Positions 58,698 through 64,000 of a stretch of 64,000 nt of DNA are shown here, one piece after another. The stretch covers positions 6,268,548-6,332,547 of the forward strand of contig JBNZDD010013721.1 of assembly GCA_050575255.1 (NCBI GenBank), read 5' to 3'. Both the position numbers and the translations under genes were made by a program. The DNA is from Harriotta raleighana (lineage: Eukaryota). Every line of letters starts with the position of its first letter. The stretch's first letter is position 1. The notes beneath the pieces are model-generated. The model was not told where the DNA came from. It worked only from the letters and a program-made list of their open reading frames with translations, and made no database searches.

Positions 58698-60014
58698 GCA
58701 TCTTATAATATTAAGTGCAAACTAATTAGTTAGAAACCATAGTACTTGTACAATATTACCCCCATCCACTCCCAAGGAAACGCAAAAGATTGACTGCCAA
58801 AAGACTGACTAACTGGCACCAAACTCTGTCCACCATAAGCTAACATTCATCTTTCAGCAATTAAGGAAATATTTGGGGTTCATAAAAAATGATGAAGTGA
58901 ACTGTTGGAAACTGATGGTTTGACAATGTGCACAATCTTGAATTGCCAACAAACCAAACATTCCAAATCTGTAACTCAGTGTGATTGCTGAAGAAAGTAG
59001 TTTCCACAACTTGCAAGTATGGTTTGCAAAGGCGGAAAACCTGGCTTTGCAGTGATTTTCACCTTAGAAGCACCGACCAGTAGCTATTTAATAAAGTTTA
59101 GAATTGATGTTGGTTGCAGTTGTCTACATTTGTTCATATGCCGTATAATGCTGTCTCTAGAATCCTACATTTTGTCAAGAGGAAATTAATTGTCTGACAC
59201 AAGTGAAAACCCATCACCATGCTTAAAAGTATGCAAATTAAGCTGAGATTTCCATGCATCCCATATACACCATGAAAATTCCAGAGACAGATTGTTGTAA
59301 TGGAATGCATGCTCTCTCTCCCTGGAGGGACACATCCTACTTACCTAATATTGACAGGTATGGCACGGGTTGGCAATAAACAACCAAACAAACAGGTTGG
59401 CAGACGCCAGAGTGGTTTTACTCCTGAAATACAACCCTCTAAAACTTCATAGCTTGCCACTGATATCACTGTCTGGCAAGCTTTTCGGCTGCTTGTTCAG
59501 CTAGGACCACCCCACATGTGAGCACAAGCAAGTGATAGAAGTGAACTAATTTGACTAAATAGAGCACACATCAAATTTTTATTTTATTACCTATTCCCTG
59601 TTCCAAACTGTCAGGTTTCGAGCTCTGTTGTGACTGACAAGCACATCCTCAAAGATTCAGAAATGTTTTCTTTCAATTCAGTTAGCTGTTTGCATTCAGA
59701 ATTAATGTGAAACTACTTTCTGTATTGCCAAAATACATCTGATGAAAATTGTTTTCTTTTAACGCTTTCTGAATACCTAAAGGCTTTGTTTCTCTTACTC
59801 ATTCTGAAATCAGCGCCGTTGGGAATGAAGAGGTTCAGTTTGGCGCAAGGTTGGTGGGTCAGCGAATGGGTCGTTGAAACTGATTGAGGTATTAGGACAG
59901 GTGGTTCCAGGTATTGGATGATGACACTGAGTGGCCATTTGGACCACTTGACCATTGCTTCGTGTCCCTGGAACTGGCACGAAACAGGGAGTCCAAACAA
60001 AATTAGCCTTTGTG
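58698..60014. other. Assembly duplicate of 60016-61331 (includes a copy of the gene 11 3' end)
   Basis: Apparently identical ~1.3-kb blocks on either side of the single N at 60015. Confidence 0.85.
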
Positions 60015-61126
60015 NCATCTTATAATATTAAGTGCAAACTAATTAGTTAGAAACCATAGTACTTGTACAATATTACCCCCATCCACTCCCAAGGAAACGC
60101 AAAAGATTGACTGCCAAAAGACTGACTAACTGGCACCAAACTCTGTCCACCATAAGCTAACATTCATCTTTCAGCAATTAAGGAAATATTTGGGGTTCAT
60201 AAAAAATGATGAAGTGAACTGTTGGAAACTGATGGTTTGACAATGTGCACAATCTTGAATTGCCAACAAACCAAACATTCCAAATCTGTAACTCAGTGTG
60301 ATTGCTGAAGAAAGTAGTTTCCACAACTTGCAAGTATGGTTTGCAAAGGCGGAAAACCTGGCTTTGCAGTGATTTTCACCTTAGAAGCACCGACCAGTAG
60401 CTATTTAATAAAGTTTAGAATTGATGTTGGTTGCAGTTGTCTACATTTGTTCATATGCCGTATAATGCTGTCTCTAGAATCCTACATTTTGTCAAGAGGA
60501 AATTAATTGTCTGACACAAGTGAAAACCCATCACCATGCTTAAAAGTATGCAAATTAAGCTGAGATTTCCATGCATCCCATATACACCATGAAAATTCCA
60601 GAGACAGATTGTTGTAATGGAATGCATGCTCTCTCTCCCTGGAGGGACACATCCTACTTACCTAATATTGACAGGTATGGCACGGGTTGGCAATAAACAA
60701 CCAAACAAACAGGTTGGCAGACGCCAGAGTGGTTTTACTCCTGAAATACAACCCTCTAAAACTTCATAGCTTGCCACTGATATCACTGTCTGGCAAGCTT
60801 TTCGGCTGCTTGTTCAGCTAGGACCACCCCACATGTGAGCACAAGCAAGTGATAGAAGTGAACTAATTTGACTAAATAGAGCACACATCAAATTTTTATT
60901 TTATTACCTATTCCCTGTTCCAAACTGTCAGGTTTCGAGCTCTGTTGTGACTGACAAGCACATCCTCAAAGATTCAGAAATGTTTTCTTTCAATTCAGTT
61001 AGCTGTTTGCATTCAGAATTAATGTGAAACTACTTTCTGTATTGCCAAAATACATCTGATGAAAATTGTTTTCTTTTAACGCTTTCTGAATACCTAAAGG
61101 CTTTGTTTCTCTTACTCATTCTGAAA

Positions 61127-61771
61127 TCAGCGCCGTTGGGAATGAAGAGGTTCAGTTTGGCGCAAGGTTGGTGGGTCAGCGAATGGGTCGTTGAAACTGA
61201 TTGAGGTATTAGGACAGGTGGTTCCAGGTATTGGATGATGACACTGAGTGGCCATTTGGACCACTTGACCATTGCTTCGTGTCCCTGGAACTGGCACGAA
61301 ACAGGGAGTCCAAACAAAATTAGCCTTTGTGCTATCTTTCACGTAGTTGGTGGTGTATTTTAGAAAGACCGGGACTTTACTAGAGTCCGATTGTTCCCCA
61401 CCCCAAGCCGTTTCCTTCACCTGCACATGGTCAGGGTAGCTGGAAGCTTCGACTGTGATGATTTTCTCATCAACGATTGTAGCAGTCAAGGTGTTTAGAT
61501 CCAGTTTGGGAGAGAGTGGCAGGTCATTCGAGAAACCACAATAGTTGTATCTGATTATGCCGGAGATGTCCTTAACCTTCTGGAACTGCTCTCCAGAGAT
61601 ATTCAGGGTTCTCCCAGAGAGAGTTACGTTCACATGTTCTGGATCCGTGCCTGCCAAGTGCAGGGAGAGAAAGAAATTGCCTGGTTTCTTTTTTCGCCTT
61701 CCCATCATTGGGTTAATTTCCAGTCCATTGTTGGCATCTCTGCGATCTGTGTAAGATCCATTATCATCCAT
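61127..61771 (-). CDS. Array gene 11: alpha-crystallin-domain protein (214 aa from ATG) with PGT-motif tail
   Basis: NFFLSLHLAGTDPEHVNVTLSGRTLNISGEQ..SGIIRYNYCGFSNDLPLSPKLDLNTLTATIVDEKIITVEA. Confidence 0.85.
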   Translation of the reverse strand: MDDNGSYTDRRDANNGLEINPMMGRRKKKPGNFFLSLHLAGTDPEHVNVTLSGRTLNISGEQFQKVKDISGIIRYNYCGFSNDLPLSPKLDLNTLTATIVDEKIITVEASSYPDHVQVKETAWGGEQSDSSKVPVFLKYTTNYVKDSTKANFVWTPCFVPVPGTRSNGQVVQMATQCHHPIPGTTCPNTSISFNDPFADPPTLRQTEPLHSQRR

Positions 61772-61789
61772 AATTTGCAGTAACACAAC

Positions 61790-61878
61790 TTTCTGAAAAG
61801 GCAGCTACATGAAACATGTCTCCTTATAACACTGACTTGTAAGCATGACACATGCTTGAACATCCTCTGTGATGAAAT
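61790..61878 (-). promoter_or_regulatory. Shared upstream module (gene 11 copy)
   Basis: ATTTCATCACAGAGG..GTGTCATGCTTACAAG..CCTTTTCAGAAAG on the minus strand. Confidence 0.55.
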
Positions 61879-62142
61879 TAGTTGTACTGTATAAAACTTG
61901 ATTTGAAAAAGCAAAATGTTACAAAATATATTCACAAAGTTTCCACAAATCAGGTATTCCATGTGCCTGTCAAAACCTGAGAGGTCAGTAGAACCCAGAA
62001 ACGCCCAAATGAGGTGATATATTGCTAGCTGATGGATTGTATAGTTATAATCTTAAAATAAATAGGGATTATGGTAATTATGGTTGACAATGCACTAAAA
62101 CTGTTCCTTGTGTGTTGAAAGATTTCTGCTAACAAATCTGTG

Positions 62143-62550
62143 TCAGCCTGGCGCAGTGATAGCAGCCTCGCCTCTGAGTAAGAGGGTTGTGGGTTCAACC
62201 CCGGTCCTTAGCGCGTCAAAGTAGTGTTGGAGCCGGTGGGGGTAGTGTTGATACGCCATCCTTTTGATGAAAGTTTAAACCAATCCCAACTGCCTGATCA
62301 GGTGGATGTTGAATATCCCATGGTACAATTCAAAAAGAAGTGAGTTTCTTCCACTGACCTTGCCAACAATTCCTCCAATTAAAAATTAGGCATTCAATCC
62401 ATGGCTATTTGCAGGATATGGCTGTGCGCAGGGGGCTTGCTGCCTCAATTTGTCCACAAATCACAGTAAAAAAAAATTGAAGTAAATCCTGTAAAGCTCT
62501 GAAACATCTCAACAACGTGATAAGGCTCTGAATGAAATACAATAATTATT
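62143..62550 (+). mobile_element. Old tRNA-derived SINE
   Basis: A-box-like TGGCGCAGTG, B-box-like GGTTCAACCCC, decayed core GGCTGTGCGCA..GCTGCC and an L2-like tail. Confidence 0.55.
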
Positions 62551-62644
62551 AAGTAGCCTTTGATAGGGTAGATACGGTAGATAGATTCTTACCTCTGGAA
62601 AGTAATCCACTAATTAACTAATAACCAATTGGTGGTTAATATCA

Positions 62645-62750
62645 GGCATGTGGAGAAGGAAACTTGCATAAGATTTTGCCCCACCTGGGAATCGAACCCA
62701 GGTCCTCCAGCTTGTGAGGCGAGTGCTCTAACTACTGGACTGTGGGACTC
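62645..62750 (-). mobile_element. tRNA-derived SINE head
   Basis: Minus strand GTAGTTAGAGCACTCGCCTCACAAG..GGGTTCGATTCCC..GCAAGTTTCCTTCTCCACATGCC. Confidence 0.7.
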
Positions 62751-63178
62751 CAAACCAACATTATTTCCAGGTTAGAAAGTAACCTACTTGATATTAAAAA
62801 AAAAGTACTGACTTTCACATCAGGCATGATGTATGTAAGACGAACCATGAGGAACTTAACTGGAAAAAATCTTGAGGATGAAACTTTATTACAGCTGCAG
62901 ATCAAGCGGTTGGTATTTCCAGCCAAAAAAAAATGTTTACAAATAATAAAAAGCCTTTACTGTATTCCTTAATCACGGAGGATTAAGCCTAGAAAGTCTA
63001 CGGTGTTTCTCAATGACGTTTGAGTGTGTGTATGTGTGTGTGTTGTCCCATGGACAAATTACACCAAGGCAAAAAAAAGTTTCTCGTTTCATTCTTTTAT
63101 TTTTCTCTCACGTTGTTCTATGGAAGGTGGGGAAACTGGTTTCTCGTTCTCGGGTCCTTGTTAATCTTGCGAGTAACC

Positions 63179-63793
63179 TCAAGAGCTCTTCATTGCCTGA
63201 GAGCTGGATATGATGTTTGGCAAGGCTCCCGAGATATCTGTGACCATACCTGGGGAGCTGTGGCAGAAAGTCCCAGGCAATGGGTGGTCGCACACTCTGG
63301 TCAGCCCAGTCTGTTGGGATTCGCAGAGAGTTCCAGGTACGGGCAAGAAACAGGGTGTCCAGAAAGTGGGTTCCTCCACCAGAGAGACAGAGTTGGAAGA
63401 ATACTGGAAAGTGATGGGAAGAAGCCTTTGAGGAATTTGATCAGAATCCTGATGCTGGATTTCCAACAGGGTGTCTGTCTTGTGGTAAAAAGCTTGCACC
63501 ATGATCACTCTATCATCCTCGATGACCACAGCCAGAGTGTTCAAATCCAAGCGGGGAGTCAGGTGGAGTTCGTTGGAAAAACCACAGTAGTTGTATCTGC
63601 TGATGCCTTCGCTCTCCTGGATCTTGCGTACATGTTGGCCAGAGATGTCCAATTCCCTGCCCTTGATGATGACTTTCACATTTCGGGGGTCAATACCTGC
63701 CAAGTTCAGGCGAAGTTGAAACCTCTCCCGTTGACTTTCGGCTGGAATCGGTGTCAGAGTGGAACCGTTTCCCGTTGATTCCATCTCAACCAT
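63179..63793 (-). CDS. Array gene 12: alpha-crystallin-domain protein, 204 aa, closest paralog of gene 11
   Basis: RFQLRLNLAGIDPRNVKVIIKGRELDISGQH..GISRYNYCGFSNELHLTPRLDLNTLAVVIEDDRVIMVQA; shares WTPCF.PVPGT and C.HP.PGT.C with gene 11. Confidence 0.87.
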   Translation of the reverse strand: MVEMESTGNGSTLTPIPAESQRERFQLRLNLAGIDPRNVKVIIKGRELDISGQHVRKIQESEGISRYNYCGFSNELHLTPRLDLNTLAVVIEDDRVIMVQAFYHKTDTLLEIQHQDSDQIPQRLLPITFQYSSNSVSLVEEPTFWTPCFLPVPGTLCESQQTGLTRVCDHPLPGTFCHSSPGMVTDISGALPNIISSSQAMKSS

Positions 63794-63895
63794 TCCTAGC
63801 TTTCAGGAAAGGGCGCAGCACAGTTGGACTTGTGGCTTTCCTCCCCCCAACCCACCCAACCTCACCCCCCCCCGCCCCCCACCCAAAGACTTGAT

Positions 63896-63937
63896 AGTGA
63901 GATCACACATGTCTTAGTCACCTCTATGATGAAAAAA
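63896..63937 (-). promoter_or_regulatory. Shared upstream module (gene 12 copy)
   Basis: TTTTCATCATAGAGGTG..GTGTGATCTCAC on the minus strand. Confidence 0.6.
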
Positions 63938-64000
63938 TTACAAATTTAATAAATAATGTTGGACTATCAATTTAGTTTGATGCATACAATTAAGACCAGT

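Noticed and set aside
59713-60018. Possible extra array gene (copy of the gene 11 3' end)
   Set aside because: It lies in a ~1.3-kb block duplicated across the N at 60015 and has no domain or start; assembly overlap.
63020-63778. 252-aa plus-strand ORF
   Set aside because: Antisense shadow of gene 12 with no recognisable features.
12003-63793. Assigning gene symbols such as ODF1, HSPB9 or HSP30 to array members
   Set aside because: Family-level similarity is visible, but orthology cannot be established without a phylogeny.

Overview
Eukaryotic, vertebrate genomic DNA. The repeat landscape (L2 LINE 3' ends, tRNA-headed SINEs with L2-type tails, CR1 fragments) and many single-N contig joins suggest a cartilaginous-fish draft assembly; the species is my inference only. 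The left 11 kb holds two ordinary minus-strand genes: ACOT8 (exons 1-4, the rest runs off the left edge) and NEURL2 (2 coding exons). The remaining ~52 kb is a tandem array of 11 genes with single-exon CDSs, each encoding a divergent alpha-crystallin (small heat-shock) domain near the N-terminus fused to an unrelated low-complexity tail (about 170 to 2247 aa in total). A twelfth, Arg/Pro/Cys-rich gene seems to retain only a remnant of the domain. The domains most resemble sperm outer-dense-fibre protein ODF1/HSPB10, and all lack the conserved sHSP arginine. Most members share an upstream module of bZIP-like (CRE/CARE-type) boxes. This looks like a lineage-specific, probably spermatid-expressed, structural sHSP expansion. 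It lies in a region whose human counterpart (20q13.12) is paralogous to the ODF1 region (8q22). Several apparent duplications flank single Ns and are assembly artefacts.
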